Positions 17,873-29,156 are shown, counted from the first letter of the stretch. The stretch: 64,000 nucleotides of DNA from Minisyncoccota bacterium (GCA_028718635.1 JAQULK010000001.1:607834-671833); one strand, 5' to 3'. Notes: a model not told the origin generated them from the sequence alone. Translations and numbers: made by a program.

Positions 17873-19708
17873 TTATCTTTTTGCCCTAGCTCGATCAATT
17901 TCCGTCAAAAATCTCTTGCGAAGTCTGACGGATTTGGGCGTAATTTCCAAGTATTCATCTCTATTCATCACCTCCAGACCTCGTTCGATACTTAAAATAA
18001 AAGTAGGATTTAAGGTTATCGCTTCATCAGTACCAGAAGCTCGCATATTGGTAAGCTGTTTTCCTTTTGTAGGATTGACAGACATGTCGTCTCCTTTAAG
18101 AACGTTACCAATCACCATCCCTTCATAAACATCCGTACCATGACCTATATACAGTATACCACGTTCTTGTAAGTTTGCAAGAGAAAAGGCTACCGCTTTG
18201 CCAGAAACCATCGAAATCATAGAACCGTATTCCCTCTTTTTTATCTCTCCTGCATATTCTCTAAATCCTGTAACTCTTGAACTCATTATCCCTTCCCCTT
18301 TAGTGTCTATGATAAACTCGCTGCGATATCCCAAAAGTCCGCGTGTCGGTATGTCAAAAATAATTCTAGCAATACCTTCTTTTTCTACCATGTCTTTCAT
18401 GATGCCTCGTCTTTTGCCAATTTTCTCTATAACGCTTCCGGAAAATTCCATCGGAACATCGATCACTAGCTCTTCATAAGGTTCTGTCTTCACGCCATTC
18501 TTTTCTTTTATAATAACTTCTGGTTGAGAAACTTGCATTTCAAAACCTTCTCTTCTCATATTTTCAAGCAGTATTGCGATGTGCAATTCTCCTCTGCCAT
18601 ATACTTTAAAAAATGAGGGGCCTGACTTATTTTCGTTTTGGTTCTGGAGAACCTGCCTGCCGGCAGGCAGGAAATCAACCTTGAGCCCGACGTTGATCTC
18701 TAATTCTTTTTCTAATCTTTCTTTGATTTGTCTTGAAGTGACAAACTTGCCTTCAAGACCTGCAAAAGGAGAATCATTTACTAAAAAATTAAGAGAAAGA
18801 GTCGGCTCATCGATAGCGATGTGCGGCAATATCTCTACGCTCTCGTCCTCGCATATGGTTTCTCCGATATAAATATCCGGAATTCCAGCCAGAAGAACGA
18901 TATCACCCGAAGTTGCAGAATCTATTTCTTTTCTATTTATCCCCTCGAAAACAAAAAGTTTTGTAATTTTCCCCCGGCGGATTTTCTCCTCGCCGTCAAT
19001 ATTGCCTTTTATAAAAACCTGGCTGCCTGATATCATCTTCCCGGAATAAATCCTAGCCACTGCCATTCTTCCTAAAAAATTATCATAACCCAAATTAAAA
19101 ACTTGCGCAGACATTTTGCCATCTTTGTTTACAGAAGCTGGAGGAACTTTTTCTAGTATTAGATCTAATAAAGGAGAAAGATCTGCTGATTCATCGCCTA
19201 AATGCCTGAAAGCTTTCCCTTGCCTGCCAATTGCATATATCGTTTCAAAATTGGCTTGCTCTTCATTTGCACCCAATTCAAAAAACAACTCCAAAATTTC
19301 TTCATGCACTTTATGCGGATCAGCTGCCGGCTTGTCTATTTTATTTATAACCACTATGGGCTTGAGGCCTAATTCCAAAGATTTTTTTAAAACGAATCTA
19401 GTTTGCGGCATCGGTCCTTCTGCTGCGTCTACCAACAGCAACACGGAATCTATGGCACGCAAAACCCGCTCCACTTCTGATCCGAAATCCGCGTGGCCAG
19501 GAGTATCTACGATGTTTATCTTTGTGTCTTTATAATAGATGGAAGTATTTTTTGAATAAATAGTAATACCACGCTCTTTTTCTAGATCGTTTGAATCCAT
19601 TGATACTCCTTCATCTTGAAGACCACCATTTTGCTTCATCAATGCATCAGTCAAGGTCGTCTTGCCATGATCCACGTGAGCTATTATTGCTATATTTCTA
19701 ATTTCCAT
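17873..19708 (-). CDS. typA: Translational GTPase TypA/BipA, with an in-frame palindromic insertion
   Basis: IAIIAHVDHGKTTLTDALM G-domain with the BipA layout. FLPAGRQ is encoded by the palindrome at 18652-18671. Confidence 0.85.
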   Translation of the reverse strand: MEIRNIAIIAHVDHGKTTLTDALMKQNGGLQDEGVSMDSNDLEKERGITIYSKNTSIYYKDTKINIVDTPGHADFGSEVERVLRAIDSVLLLVDAAEGPMPQTRFVLKKSLELGLKPIVVINKIDKPAADPHKVHEEILELFFELGANEEQANFETIYAIGRQGKAFRHLGDESADLSPLLDLILEKVPPASVNKDGKMSAQVFNLGYDNFLGRMAVARIYSGKMISGSQVFIKGNIDGEEKIRRGKITKLFVFEGINRKEIDSATSGDIVLLAGIPDIYIGETICEDESVEILPHIAIDEPTLSLNFLVNDSPFAGLEGKFVTSRQIKERLEKELEINVGLKVDFLPAGRQVLQNQNENKSGPSFFKVYGRGELHIAILLENMRREGFEMQVSQPEVIIKEKNGVKTEPYEELVIDVPMEFSGSVIEKIGKRRGIMKDMVEKEGIARIIFDIPTRGLLGYRSEFIIDTKGEGIMSSRVTGFREYAGEIKKREYGSMISMVSGKAVAFSLANLQERGILYIGHGTDVYEGMVIGNVLKGDDMSVNPTKGKQLTNMRASGTDEAITLNPTFILSIERGLEVMNRDEYLEITPKSVRLRKRFLTEIDRARAKR

Positions 19709-19766
19709 AAAAAAGAGCCCAAAAAAATATTGAGCTTCCTTTTATATTAACATATTTTTCTAAAAA

Positions 19767-20204
19767 CTACAAATTCTTCTTATTGGTGACGATTTTTACT
19801 ATTTTAGCAGTCAGAATATTTGTTGTCTTATCTAAATTCCCGACAATGATCACTTTTTGTCCTGCCAAAATATCGGTGGCAGAAGCCGAGATCCCATCTT
19901 TTTTATATACAGTTGATGCGTTTGTCGCCACATCTACTGAGGATGTTGTTTTAATTTTTAAGTTTTTTACATTTACTGTAAAACCTGAAGCAGTTAAATT
20001 GGAAACAACCCCTACTGCTACATTGTTTTGTTTCCTTAATCCTGTTTTATGCTTATTCTTATTTTGTTTTTGATAAGCCGAATGTACATTTTTTATACCC
20101 AAATCCCGCGGAGTAGAAGCAAAAACGCTTGAACCCGAAACTAATAATGATATGGCTAATGCCCCTGTCGCTATATGTTTTTTATATTTCATATATACCA
20201 TCAT
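19767..20204 (-). CDS. Small secreted protein (signal peptide), downstream of the two-component system
   Basis: N-terminal signal peptide followed by a low-complexity T/N/K-rich mature region. Confidence 0.35.
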   Translation of the reverse strand: MMVYMKYKKHIATGALAISLLVSGSSVFASTPRDLGIKNVHSAYQKQNKNKHKTGLRKQNNVAVGVVSNLTASGFTVNVKNLKIKTTSSVDVATNASTVYKKDGISASATDILAGQKVIIVGNLDKTTNILTAKIVKIVTNKKNL

Positions 20205-20222
20205 ACAAGGAAGATGATGAAG

Positions 20223-21275
20223 TTAAAATGAAGAAATAGGAAAACTCGCTTCGCTGATAGGTAGGGAAATCGTGACGCTTGTGCCTTTGTTTTCCTGACT
20301 TTTTATGGAAATCGTTCCTTTGTGATTCTCAACAATTTTTTTTGATAAAGTAAGTCCCAATCCTGCGCCGTCCGCATTCCTTGCCTTGTCTCCCCTAAAG
20401 AATGGATCGAAGATTCTTTCAATAATACTTTTGGGAATGCCTACCCCGCTATCGCTTATAGTTACAACATATTTATTTGAAATAATTTTGTCCGATACGG
20501 AAATATTTCCTTTGGGAGGAGTATATTTGATGGCGTTATCTAAAATATTATAAAATAACCGGCTGAGTTCGACTTTATTTCCTAGTATAGTTACCGGAGG
20601 TTCCATTATTTTTTTCTCAAAAGCAATCTCTTTACTAGAAGCTAGATTCTCACTTTTTTCTAAAATAAATTTTAATAATTTGCTTATATCAAGGGGTTCG
20701 CATTCCACGCATTTAGGCACATCATATTTTGATATATCGAGCAAAGTATTGCTGAGTTTTGAAAATTCCCTCATCTCGTCCAAAGTATCTTCGAGAGTTT
20801 TTTTTGCCAAAGTGAAATCTAATTTTTTATTATTCAAAGCGACTTCAAGCCCCGAGATGACCACTGCCGTGGGGGTACGAAGTTCATGAGAAGCATCCGC
20901 GATAAATCTCTTTTGTTTTTGCATATTGGATTTGATCGGTTCCAATGTTTTATAAGTAAGCAAAAATCCTAAGACGATAACCAAAATTATTATAATGCCA
21001 TCTATCGTCAAAAAACGATTTAACAATATATTTTGAGTTCTATTGATAATCAAATTAGCGGTATTCACATCTAAAAAGATATTGTCTAAAATCGATTGAG
21101 AAAAATTCGAAAGGATCGTGTTATAAAGCGTAATACTGGCACTGCCTAAAATTACGATTGCCGTAATCGAATAATAAAAAGTAAGCCTGAGCCGCGCTAT
21201 GAAAAATTCATCGTCTTTCAAGCTAGCCTTCCATTTTGTAACCGACTCCTCGAATTGTTTGTATAATTTTTCCAT
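20223..21275 (-). CDS. Sensor histidine kinase
   Basis: Two N-terminal transmembrane helices, H-box ADASHELRTP, HATPase N/G boxes. Confidence 0.8.
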   Translation of the reverse strand: MEKLYKQFEESVTKWKASLKDDEFFIARLRLTFYYSITAIVILGSASITLYNTILSNFSQSILDNIFLDVNTANLIINRTQNILLNRFLTIDGIIIILVIVLGFLLTYKTLEPIKSNMQKQKRFIADASHELRTPTAVVISGLEVALNNKKLDFTLAKKTLEDTLDEMREFSKLSNTLLDISKYDVPKCVECEPLDISKLLKFILEKSENLASSKEIAFEKKIMEPPVTILGNKVELSRLFYNILDNAIKYTPPKGNISVSDKIISNKYVVTISDSGVGIPKSIIERIFDPFFRGDKARNADGAGLGLTLSKKIVENHKGTISIKSQENKGTSVTISLPISEASFPISSF

Positions 21276-21891
21276 TGTCCTTAATTTTTTTTCTTAGATT
21301 TTTTATATGCACATCCACTGTGTTGCTAAACGATGAATCTGCAAAATCCCATGCATGCGAATAAAGCTCATCACGGGTGACTACTTTATTTTTATTGCGC
21401 ATCAGATATTCAAGCACCATAAATTCCTTGAGCGTAAGAGAAATAATTTTGTTTTTATAAGTTACCGTTCTGCTGGCTGTGTTGATGCGGATCTCTCCCA
21501 AGGTAAGTATATCAGAGAAAGATTGTTTGGGACGCCGCAAAAGCGCGTGAACTCGAGCGAGAAGTTCTTTGAAAGCAAACGGCTTTGCCAAATAATCATC
21601 CGCTCCTGCATTGAGGCCGACGACCTTATCATCAATAGTATCTAGTGCTGTAAGCATCAGCACAGGAACCACGACACCATTCTCCCGCCAATTATTAGAA
21701 ATAATAACTCCATCCTTGCCAGGGAGCATCCTGTCTAGAATTACAAGATCATACTCATCGCGATTGAATAATATTCGACGTTCCGCGATCAAACCATCTC
21801 CTATGACGTCAACAGCGTACCCTTCTTGGATTAAACCCTGTTTCAAATTTTCAGCTAATTTTTTATTATCCTCAACAACTAATATTTTCAT
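21223..21891 (-). CDS. OmpR-family response regulator
   Basis: Receiver domain MKILVVEDN...DLVILDRMLPGKDG plus a winged-helix C-terminus. Confidence 0.8.
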   Translation of the reverse strand: MKILVVEDNKKLAENLKQGLIQEGYAVDVIGDGLIAERRILFNRDEYDLVILDRMLPGKDGVIISNNWRENGVVVPVLMLTALDTIDDKVVGLNAGADDYLAKPFAFKELLARVHALLRRPKQSFSDILTLGEIRINTASRTVTYKNKIISLTLKEFMVLEYLMRNKNKVVTRDELYSHAWDFADSSFSNTVDVHIKNLRKKIKDNGKIIQTIRGVGYKMEG

Positions 21892-21912
21892 ATTATATAT
21901 ATTAACATTTCG

Positions 21913-21932
21913 AAGATTAAATCTTCATGAAG
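21913..21932. promoter_or_regulatory. Overlapping palindromes GAAGATTAAATCTTC / CTTCATGAAG upstream of the response-regulator operon; candidate operator
   Basis: Perfect 15-bp and 10-bp palindromes 20-40 bp upstream of the response-regulator start codon. Confidence 0.3.
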
Positions 21933-21978
21933 ACCAAAGAATGCAAAAAATATAATTTTATGTTATTTTATATGCAAC

Positions 21979-22061
21979 GCGTCGGTGGTAGAGCGGTCAA
22001 ATACAAGGGACTGTAAATCCCTCGCCTTCGGGCTACGAAGGTTCGAATCCTTCCCGGCGCA
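21979..22061 (+). tRNA. tRNA-Tyr (GTA)
   Basis: Hand-folded cloverleaf: acceptor GCGTCGG/CCGGCGC, anticodon loop CTGTAAA, long variable arm, T-loop TTCGAAT. CCA is not encoded. Confidence 0.8.
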
Positions 22062-22068
22062 CAAAGAA

Positions 22069-24780
22069 TTATACTGAGGATCTGGTTCGTACTCGGATCG
22101 GGCTTTTGATTTTTGTTTTTTTAGTTTCGACGACGATCTCGTTATTTTTCTCAGAAACAAACACTGTATCCCCTTTGGAAACTTTGTTTGAAATAATATA
22201 AGACGCGACTGCGTTCAAAATTTTATTTTGAATCAAACGGTTCAGCGGTCTAGCCCCATAATGCGGGTTATAGCCTTCTTTCGACAAGTAAGAAAGCGCT
22301 CCGTCGGAAATTTCAAAATTTATTCCTTTAGCTTTTAGTCGATCCACTACGACTTTGATTCGCAAATTAACTATTTGTTTTAGAGCGGTTTCCGACAAAA
22401 CATCAAAAACAATAATTTCATCCAAGCGATTCAAAAATTCTGGACGGAAATTATCCTTTAAAGCCTCTGTAACTTTTTCTTTCATGTTGCCATAATCTTG
22501 TTTTTGAGAGTTATTAGAGAATCCAATTGATTCCATTTTTTCAACAAATTGCGAACCAATATTAGAAGTCAAAATTATAATAGTATTTTTAAAGTTTACT
22601 ACCCTTCCTTTGCCGTCAGTCAATCTTCCTTCATCAATCACTTGTAAAAGCATATTGAAAACTTCTGGATGAGCTTTTTCAATTTCATCGAAAAGGATCA
22701 CCGCATACGGGCGATGCCGAACAGCTTCGGTCAACTGACCAGCCTCATCATAACCCACGTAGCCTGGCGGAGATCCGATAAGCTTGGACATAGAATGTCT
22801 CTCGGTGTATTCAGACATATCTACACGAATAACGGCACTTTCGTCATTGAACATAAATTGCCCGAGCGCTTTTGTGAGCTCTGTCTTACCCACACCTGAT
22901 GGACCTAAAAAAATAAAAGAACCTATCGGACGATTCGGGTCTCCGATACCGGCGCGAGAACGGCGAATAACATCAGCTACGCGCGAGATAGCATTATCCT
23001 GTCCCACGACTCTTTTCTTTAATTCAGCCTCCATTTTTTCAAGTTTTTCACGTTCTTCTTCAAGCATCTTTGTAAGTGGTATCCCTGTCCAACGAGCTAC
23101 CACCTCGGCTATATCTTCAGCCGTAATTTCTTCTTTCAAAATTCTGCGGGATTTTTGCAATTTCTTTAATCGGGCAAGTTTTACATCCAGCTCTTTTTGA
23201 AGCATAGGTATTTTCCCATAGCGCAATTCAGCCGCTAAAGTAAGATCCGCTTTCATTTCTGCGCCTTCAGCTTCTAAGCGGATGCTCTCAAGCTCTTTCT
23301 TTATATCTCTGATTTCAGACACGATTGTTTTTTCATTCTGCCATTTTAATTCGAGCTCTTTTGTCTTCTCGGACAGATTGCCTATTTCTTTATCAATTTC
23401 TTTAATTCTATTTTTTATTTCATTATTTTTTTCTTGTCCTTTTCCTTTTTGCTTTTCTTCTCCATTAAAAGAGCTGATCTCTTTCTTCAAAGCTTCTTTT
23501 TCAATTTCCAAACGCATTGTCTTTTTATTGGCATCTTCTAAAATCGGCGGTTTGTTTTCTAGCATTATCTTTAATGAGGAAGAAGCCTCGTCAATCAAAT
23601 CCACAGCTTTGTCAGGTAAAAATCTATTTGTAATGTAACGAGAAGAAAGATTGACGGCAGCCACGATGGCATCATCAGTAATTCGTATTCCATGAAAAAG
23701 TTCGTATCTTTCTTTTAACCCACGAAGAATTGCAGTCGCATCTTCTACGCTGGGTTCATCGATATAGACAGGCTGGAAACGGCGAGCTAAAGCGGGATCT
23801 TTTTCTATGTGTTTTTGATATTCACGCAAAGTTGTTGCGCCGATAGCCCGCAATTCTCCGCGCGCTAGCGCCGGCTTCAACATATTCGAAGCATCCATGG
23901 TGCCTTCTGCTCCGCCTGCACCGACGATAGTGTGAATCTCATCAATAAAAAGAATTATTTTTCCAGCCGATCTCTCGATCTCTTTCATTAAACCTTTCAA
24001 TCTCTCCTCAAACTCTCCGCGATACTTTGTACCGGCCACGAGCATTCCCAAGTCAAGAGAAACGACTTCTTTGTCCTTCAAGGATTCAGGCGTATTATTT
24101 TTTGCGATTAATTGCGCCAACCCTTCCGCTATAGCGGTTTTTCCTGTCCCCGCTTCTCCAATCAAGATAGGGTTATTTTTTGTTCGGCGCGAAAGAATCT
24201 GCATTATGCGAGTGATTTCATTGTCTCGGCCAATAACCGGGTCCAGCTTGTCTTCCCTTGCCAGCTTGGTCAAATTGCGGGTATATTTCATCAATAATTT
24301 GAATTTTTTTGGCTCAGTTACATCCGTAATGTTTTGACTGCGAAGCTCCTCTAAGACCTTCATTACTTGATCTTTGTGAATTCTAAATCGCGCCAAAGTC
24401 TCGCGAGCTTCACTCATGACTTCGAGAATTGCGATAAAAAGATGTTCGGTTGAAACGAAATCATCTTTCATAAATTCTGCCAGTTTCGCTGATTGTTCTA
24501 TGACTTGCGCTAAATCAGGATTGAGATAAATCTGATACGAAGGTGAAATGGTGTTTCGCGATTCCGGCGACTCAATCAATTCTAAAACCGAGTCGGTCAA
24601 AAGTATCGTATCAATTTCCAATTTATCTAAAATAGAATTCACCATGGACTCTTCTTGGAGCAAGAGCGCGCCAAGCAAATGCAAGGAAGACACATGGTTT
24701 ACCCCGCGTTCAATAGCTAGCTCGTGGGCTTTTTTAATGGCATCTTTGGCTTTAGTTGTAAATTTATTTAATGGTGGCAT
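22069..24780 (-). CDS. clpB: ATP-dependent chaperone ClpB
   Basis: Clp N domain, two AAA+ modules ([15 protein letters not shown]; [15 protein letters not shown]) and a long middle coiled coil. Confidence 0.9.
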   Translation of the reverse strand: MPPLNKFTTKAKDAIKKAHELAIERGVNHVSSLHLLGALLLQEESMVNSILDKLEIDTILLTDSVLELIESPESRNTISPSYQIYLNPDLAQVIEQSAKLAEFMKDDFVSTEHLFIAILEVMSEARETLARFRIHKDQVMKVLEELRSQNITDVTEPKKFKLLMKYTRNLTKLAREDKLDPVIGRDNEITRIMQILSRRTKNNPILIGEAGTGKTAIAEGLAQLIAKNNTPESLKDKEVVSLDLGMLVAGTKYRGEFEERLKGLMKEIERSAGKIILFIDEIHTIVGAGGAEGTMDASNMLKPALARGELRAIGATTLREYQKHIEKDPALARRFQPVYIDEPSVEDATAILRGLKERYELFHGIRITDDAIVAAVNLSSRYITNRFLPDKAVDLIDEASSSLKIMLENKPPILEDANKKTMRLEIEKEALKKEISSFNGEEKQKGKGQEKNNEIKNRIKEIDKEIGNLSEKTKELELKWQNEKTIVSEIRDIKKELESIRLEAEGAEMKADLTLAAELRYGKIPMLQKELDVKLARLKKLQKSRRILKEEITAEDIAEVVARWTGIPLTKMLEEEREKLEKMEAELKKRVVGQDNAISRVADVIRRSRAGIGDPNRPIGSFIFLGPSGVGKTELTKALGQFMFNDESAVIRVDMSEYTERHSMSKLIGSPPGYVGYDEAGQLTEAVRHRPYAVILFDEIEKAHPEVFNMLLQVIDEGRLTDGKGRVVNFKNTIIILTSNIGSQFVEKMESIGFSNNSQKQDYGNMKEKVTEALKDNFRPEFLNRLDEIIVFDVLSETALKQIVNLRIKVVVDRLKAKGINFEISDGALSYLSKEGYNPHYGARPLNRLIQNKILNAVASYIISNKVSKGDTVFVSEKNNEIVVETKKTKIKSPIRVRTRSSV

Positions 24781-24856
24781 ATATTTTTATATAATTTAAT
24801 TTTTTTTACTTAACTCTATACTTGCATTATACACTACGTGTCAAGTGTATGAAGTC

Positions 24857-25648
24857 TTACTGAAGGTTAGATGAAGAAGAACCTGTTTTTACAGACGCGG
24901 TTACCGATGCCAAAGCATCAGTAATAGTTTTTATTGAGGCAAAATTTGTCATATCATTAAAGAGAGCGATGCCGAGAGCTTCTCCGTCTAAATTTAACAC
25001 TAAGCCTCCGGCATTTGATTTAGTAACATTGATGTCAACATTCTTATTCCCTTCAAAAATAGAAGAAGATATGCTATTGCCAAAAAGTAAAACTCTCTGT
25101 CCCGCTTTCATTTTATCCAAATCCCCAAAAACTGGTACTGAAAAAGATAATTTATTTTTCACGTCAACTGTAGAGCCTATCTTCAGAAAAGAAAATCCGG
25201 ACTTGTCAGCTAAAATGAAATCTGCCTTGAATTTTCCGCTATCATTTTTTACATAATAAACTTCTTTGTCGGGAACGAGAGTCGCATCGGCTGCAATAAT
25301 TCCATCAGCAGAAACTACAAACCCTCTTCCTGCTCCCACTTCGACAGTTTTCAGATCTGCGTCTTGGGTTTCCTTAGTTATGGAAAACACAGCGGATTTA
25401 TTTTTGGCAATAGCATCTACTACCAGGTCTTCTTCTTTGATGACCACTGTTTGAACTGTTTTTTTCCCCTCCACTTGTTGAATTTTCTCAATTGTCTGCT
25501 GGACCACGTGATTAATCGGAGTAGTGATCGACGGCGGAGCCTGTTGCATTAAGGTCACAGTCGTTATACCTGTCGCAATGGAAGTAACAAAACTAAGCAA
25601 GATAGCGAGCAAAATAAGTTGAGTTTTATTTAATTCCTTGATATCCAT
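24857..25648 (-). CDS. Trypsin-like (HtrA/S1C-like) domain protein, probably catalytically inactive, membrane-anchored
   Basis: GAGRGFVVSADGIIAADATLV has no His where HtrA has TNNHVV. NAGGLVLNLDGEALGIAL has Ala in place of the GNSGG serine. Confidence 0.4.
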   Translation of the reverse strand: MDIKELNKTQLILLAILLSFVTSIATGITTVTLMQQAPPSITTPINHVVQQTIEKIQQVEGKKTVQTVVIKEEDLVVDAIAKNKSAVFSITKETQDADLKTVEVGAGRGFVVSADGIIAADATLVPDKEVYYVKNDSGKFKADFILADKSGFSFLKIGSTVDVKNKLSFSVPVFGDLDKMKAGQRVLLFGNSISSSIFEGNKNVDINVTKSNAGGLVLNLDGEALGIALFNDMTNFASIKTITDALASVTASVKTGSSSSNLQ

Positions 25649-25726
25649 CCCGTTAGAAGCAGGTCGCGGTCAATAATAATTTCATTTACTTTCCCGTCAA
25701 AAACTGCGACCGCGGCTTCTAACGGG
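25649..25726. mobile_element. Start-codon-associated palindromic MITE-like element, copy 2
   Basis: Terminal repeats CCCGTTAGAAGCAGGTCGCGGTCA / TGCGACCGCGGCTTCTAACGGG. ATGGAT direct repeats at 25643-25648 and 25727-25732 (minus sense). Confidence 0.6.
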
Positions 25727-25735
25727 ATCCATACC

Positions 25736-27022
25736 CTAATGATACCATTTTTTTAGTTTAGTCAAAATTTTTACTAAAACTTTTATAGTATAATCAATAT
25801 CCTCTTTTGTTGTATCTCTGCCTAAAGAAAAACGCACTCCACCAGTATCATCATACCAAGGGTTCCCCTTGGCAAGTTTTACCAAGGGGAACCCTTGGTA
25901 TTGTGCTTGACGAATTGCTTTGATTACATAAGATCCTCCGCTTTCCCCGCTCTTGCACGCGCTCTTGGCCGACGTCATTATCCCCTTTGCAGAAAGTTCA
26001 ATCACTAATAGATCGCTCGGAATTTTTGGAAATGTTACATTTACATTATTCGGCAATCTATTTTTCAAATCTCCATTAATTATATAACCTTGCGGACGTT
26101 GGACGTCCGATTTTCGGACGTCCAACGTCCGCAACCTCTCCATAAAATAATTACGAAGTTTTTCCAAGCGTTTGCTTTCTTGTTCTTTAATATTTTGCGC
26201 TGATTTTAATGCACAGGAAAATTTTAAAATCTCCGGCAAATTTTCCGTGCCTGGACGAATTCCTCCTTCTTGATCTCCCCCGCCGAACACCTTCGCAAGC
26301 TTAATCGTTTTCTTTTTATAAAGAACTCCGACTCTGCCAGATTCCTGTATCTTTGAGCCGGAAAGTGAAAGCAAATCTATACCCAATCTCTCCACGTTTA
26401 GATCTAGATAATTTACCGCTTGTACTGCATCCGTATGGAAGAGCGGGAAAATACACCTCTCCCCAACCCTCTCCTTATTAAGGAGAGGGTGCTGAAAGCG
26501 GGTGAGGTTCTTCCAATGCTTAATTGCCTTTGCAATTTCTTTTATTGGCTGTATTGTCCCTATTTCATTATTCGCATACATTACCGAAACAAGTACAGTA
26601 TTTTTTTTTATTTCTTTTTTTATTTTTTTTGGATCTACTATTCCATTTGCTTCGACTGGTACGATCGTTATTTCTGCCAGCTTTCTTTCTGCTAACAACT
26701 TGCAAGTCTCAAGAACCGATGGATGCTCTATGTTAGTTGTTACAATATGCGGCATACGGAGGCAATTCCTCCGTACGGAGAAATTGCCTCCGTATGCTTT
26801 TTCAAACCAAGCCCACACTACTCCCTGTATTGCAAGATTGTTGCTTTCTGTACCACCACTTGTAAAAATTATTTCTTCTGGTCTAGCGCCCAAAATATCA
26901 GAAACTTCTTTCCGTGAATTTTGAAGTTTAATTTTTGCTTCTACCCCAGCCCTATGTACAGAACTAGAGTTTGCCGACGCGCTGGCGGCATAATCTAGAT
27001 ATATTTCATTTGATTTAGGCAT
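25736..27022 (-). CDS. Cysteine desulfurase (class V aminotransferase, NifS/IscS-like) carrying four in-frame palindromic insertions
   Basis: IYLDYAASA...FTSGGTESNNLAI and the PLP-lysine region SGSKI match cysteine desulfurases. The protein is about 40 aa longer than usual; the extra segments YQGFPLVKLAKGNPW, LRTLDVRKSDVQRPQ, RFQHPLLNKERVGER and AYGGNFSVRRNCLRMPH each sit on a palindrome. Confidence 0.75.
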   Translation of the reverse strand: MPKSNEIYLDYAASASANSSSVHRAGVEAKIKLQNSRKEVSDILGARPEEIIFTSGGTESNNLAIQGVVWAWFEKAYGGNFSVRRNCLRMPHIVTTNIEHPSVLETCKLLAERKLAEITIVPVEANGIVDPKKIKKEIKKNTVLVSVMYANNEIGTIQPIKEIAKAIKHWKNLTRFQHPLLNKERVGERCIFPLFHTDAVQAVNYLDLNVERLGIDLLSLSGSKIQESGRVGVLYKKKTIKLAKVFGGGDQEGGIRPGTENLPEILKFSCALKSAQNIKEQESKRLEKLRNYFMERLRTLDVRKSDVQRPQGYIINGDLKNRLPNNVNVTFPKIPSDLLVIELSAKGIMTSAKSACKSGESGGSYVIKAIRQAQYQGFPLVKLAKGNPWYDDTGGVRFSLGRDTTKEDIDYTIKVLVKILTKLKKWYH

Positions 27023-27052
27023 AAAAATAGTATATATTGAAATTACATGAAT

Positions 27053-27129
27053 CCCGTACGAAATTACGGGATTTGATTATCACATTAACACTTCTACCGT
27101 GAAAAATAAATGGTAGGATTTCGTACGGG
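27053..27129. mobile_element. Start-codon-associated palindromic MITE-like element, copy 6, plus-strand orientation, variant interior
   Basis: ATGAAT-CCCGTACGAAAT ... ATTTCGTACGGG-ATGAAC. Direct repeats ATGAA at 27047-27051 and 27130-27134. Confidence 0.5.
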
Positions 27130-27585
27130 ATGAACACAAAGCTTCAAATTGTTTTTTTTATTTTGATTGGCATTATTATTCTACTCGGAATCGTTTGGGT
27201 TATCGTTACAGAAAAGCGCTTAAAAAGATTTTTCCTTGGCAAGAAAGCAAAAGATTTGGAAGACAACATCATTTCATTAGAAAATAATATAGCCGAATTA
27301 AATAAAACGAAGGACGCGATGCATAAAGATATCGCCGGAATAAACACTAAACTTAAAAAAAGCATTCGCGGACTGGAGACAATACGTTTCAATCCTTTTC
27401 CTGATCAAGGCAGTAATCAAAGTTTTGCTATTGGAATGCTTAATGAAGAAAATGACGGTTTGGTGATTTCAAGTTTATATTCTCGCGAACGAATGAGCGT
27501 ATTTGCCAAGCCCATCAAAAATGGAAAATCCGAGTACGAACTCACAGCTGAGGAAAAAGAAGTTTTGAAAAAAGCCCAAATATAA
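27130..27585 (+). CDS. DUF4446-like membrane-anchored coiled-coil protein
   Basis: N-terminal transmembrane helix, a coiled coil, then RFNPFPDQGSNQSFAIGMLNEENDGLVISSLYSRERMSVFAKPI, which resembles the DUF4446 core. Confidence 0.45.
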   Translation: MNTKLQIVFFILIGIIILLGIVWVIVTEKRLKRFFLGKKAKDLEDNIISLENNIAELNKTKDAMHKDIAGINTKLKKSIRGLETIRFNPFPDQGSNQSFAIGMLNEENDGLVISSLYSRERMSVFAKPIKNGKSEYELTAEEKEVLKKAQI

Positions 27586-27587
27586 TA

Positions 27588-29105
27588 ATGGAAAAAGATA
27601 AACAAAAAGAAAATATAGTTAATCGTCCGCCTGTCGTGGTAGTCATGGGTCATATCGATCATGGCAAATCTACTCTGCTTGATTATATAAGGAAAACAAC
27701 TGTTACTGAAAAAGAAGCTGGGGGAATAACTCAGAGAATTTCCGCCTATGAAGTCACGCACCAAAACAGCAAGATAACTTTCATAGACACTCCAGGACAT
27801 GAAGCTTTTTCAAAAATGCGCGAACGTGGCGCAAAGATTGCCGACATTGCCATTTTGGTCGTTTCGGCGGAGGACGGCGTAAAACCGCAGACTATCGAAG
27901 CATGGAAAACTATTGTCGAGTCCGACACTCCATGCATTGTCGCTATAAACAAGATAGACAAAGTGGGCGCTGATATAGAAAAAACAAAAAAAGAATTAGC
28001 CGAACATGAAATCTATTTGGAGAGTTATGGAGGAAAAATTCCTTCCGTAGATATTTCTGCCAAAGTCGGTACTGGAGTGGACGAACTACTTTCACTTATT
28101 TTAATTTTAGCAGAAATGGAAAACTTTACTGGAGACAGCTCTCTGGATGCATCTGGATATGTAATTGAAGTGAACTTAGATTCCAAACGCGGAATAATGG
28201 CAACCTTGATAATAAAAAATGGAACTATCAAAAATGGAATGACTGTGGTAATCAGAGACGCTATGTGTTCCACGCGCATAATAGAGAATTTTCTTGGAAA
28301 GGCAATAAGCAAAGCTACTTTTTCCTCCCCTATTCGTATTGTAGGTTTTGATAAAATGCCGAGAGTGGGCGCGCAATTTAAAACTTTCCAAAAAAAGGGA
28401 GACGCCGTGGCGTATATAGAAAAGAGACCCCCTCGCCCTTCGGGCACTCCCCCTTCTCAAGGGGGAGAAAACGTGGTTAATAAAAAAATAATTCCAATAA
28501 TATTAAAAGCTGACGGCTCTGGATCTATTGAGGCGATTGAAAAAGAAATTTCTAAAATAAACTCTGATACCAGCACCACAATAAATAAAAATGCAGAATT
28601 CAGGATTGTCGGAAAAGGGATCGGGCCCATTTCTGAATCCGATATAAAAAATGCGTCATCTGGCGACACGATCGTCATAGGATTCAATGTAAAAGCAGAC
28701 AAAAGCGCAATTGATACAGCCCAAAAAAGAGACATAACGATTTCCTTCTTTAATATTATCTACCAAATGACAAAGTGGTTGGAGATCCAAATGGAAGAAA
28801 GAAGACCAAAAATTGAAACCATAGAAACAACTGGCCGAGCAAAGATTATTCGAGCCTTCAGTCGCACTAAGGAACGCCAAATTTTAGGAGGAAAAGTTAC
28901 GGAAGGGCAAATAGGACTAAACAGTGCTATTAGAATAATGCGACGAGGGTTTGAGATTGGCCGGGCAAAGATTGTTAATCTTGAAAAAAATAAAGTAAAA
29001 ACGAGTGAAATTTCCGAAGGTTCTGAGTTTGGAATGATGATTGAGTCAAAAATAGAAGTTGTCGCCGGAGATATATTAGAATCTTTTTCAATAACTCAAA
29101 AATAA
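27588..29105 (+). CDS. infB: Translation initiation factor IF-2 (short form)
   Basis: RPPVVVVMGHIDHGKSTLLDYIRKT...GGITQRISAYEV G-domain with the IF-2 C-terminal domains. A small GC-hairpin insertion lies at 28432-28467 (PRPSGTPPSQGGE). Confidence 0.85.
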   Translation: MEKDKQKENIVNRPPVVVVMGHIDHGKSTLLDYIRKTTVTEKEAGGITQRISAYEVTHQNSKITFIDTPGHEAFSKMRERGAKIADIAILVVSAEDGVKPQTIEAWKTIVESDTPCIVAINKIDKVGADIEKTKKELAEHEIYLESYGGKIPSVDISAKVGTGVDELLSLILILAEMENFTGDSSLDASGYVIEVNLDSKRGIMATLIIKNGTIKNGMTVVIRDAMCSTRIIENFLGKAISKATFSSPIRIVGFDKMPRVGAQFKTFQKKGDAVAYIEKRPPRPSGTPPSQGGENVVNKKIIPIILKADGSGSIEAIEKEISKINSDTSTTINKNAEFRIVGKGIGPISESDIKNASSGDTIVIGFNVKADKSAIDTAQKRDITISFFNIIYQMTKWLEIQMEERRPKIETIETTGRAKIIRAFSRTKERQILGGKVTEGQIGLNSAIRIMRRGFEIGRAKIVNLEKNKVKTSEISEGSEFGMMIESKIEVVAGDILESFSITQK

Positions 29106-29156
29106 TACACCTCACCCTAGCCCTCTCCTTATCAAGGAGAGGAAAAAATAAAAATT

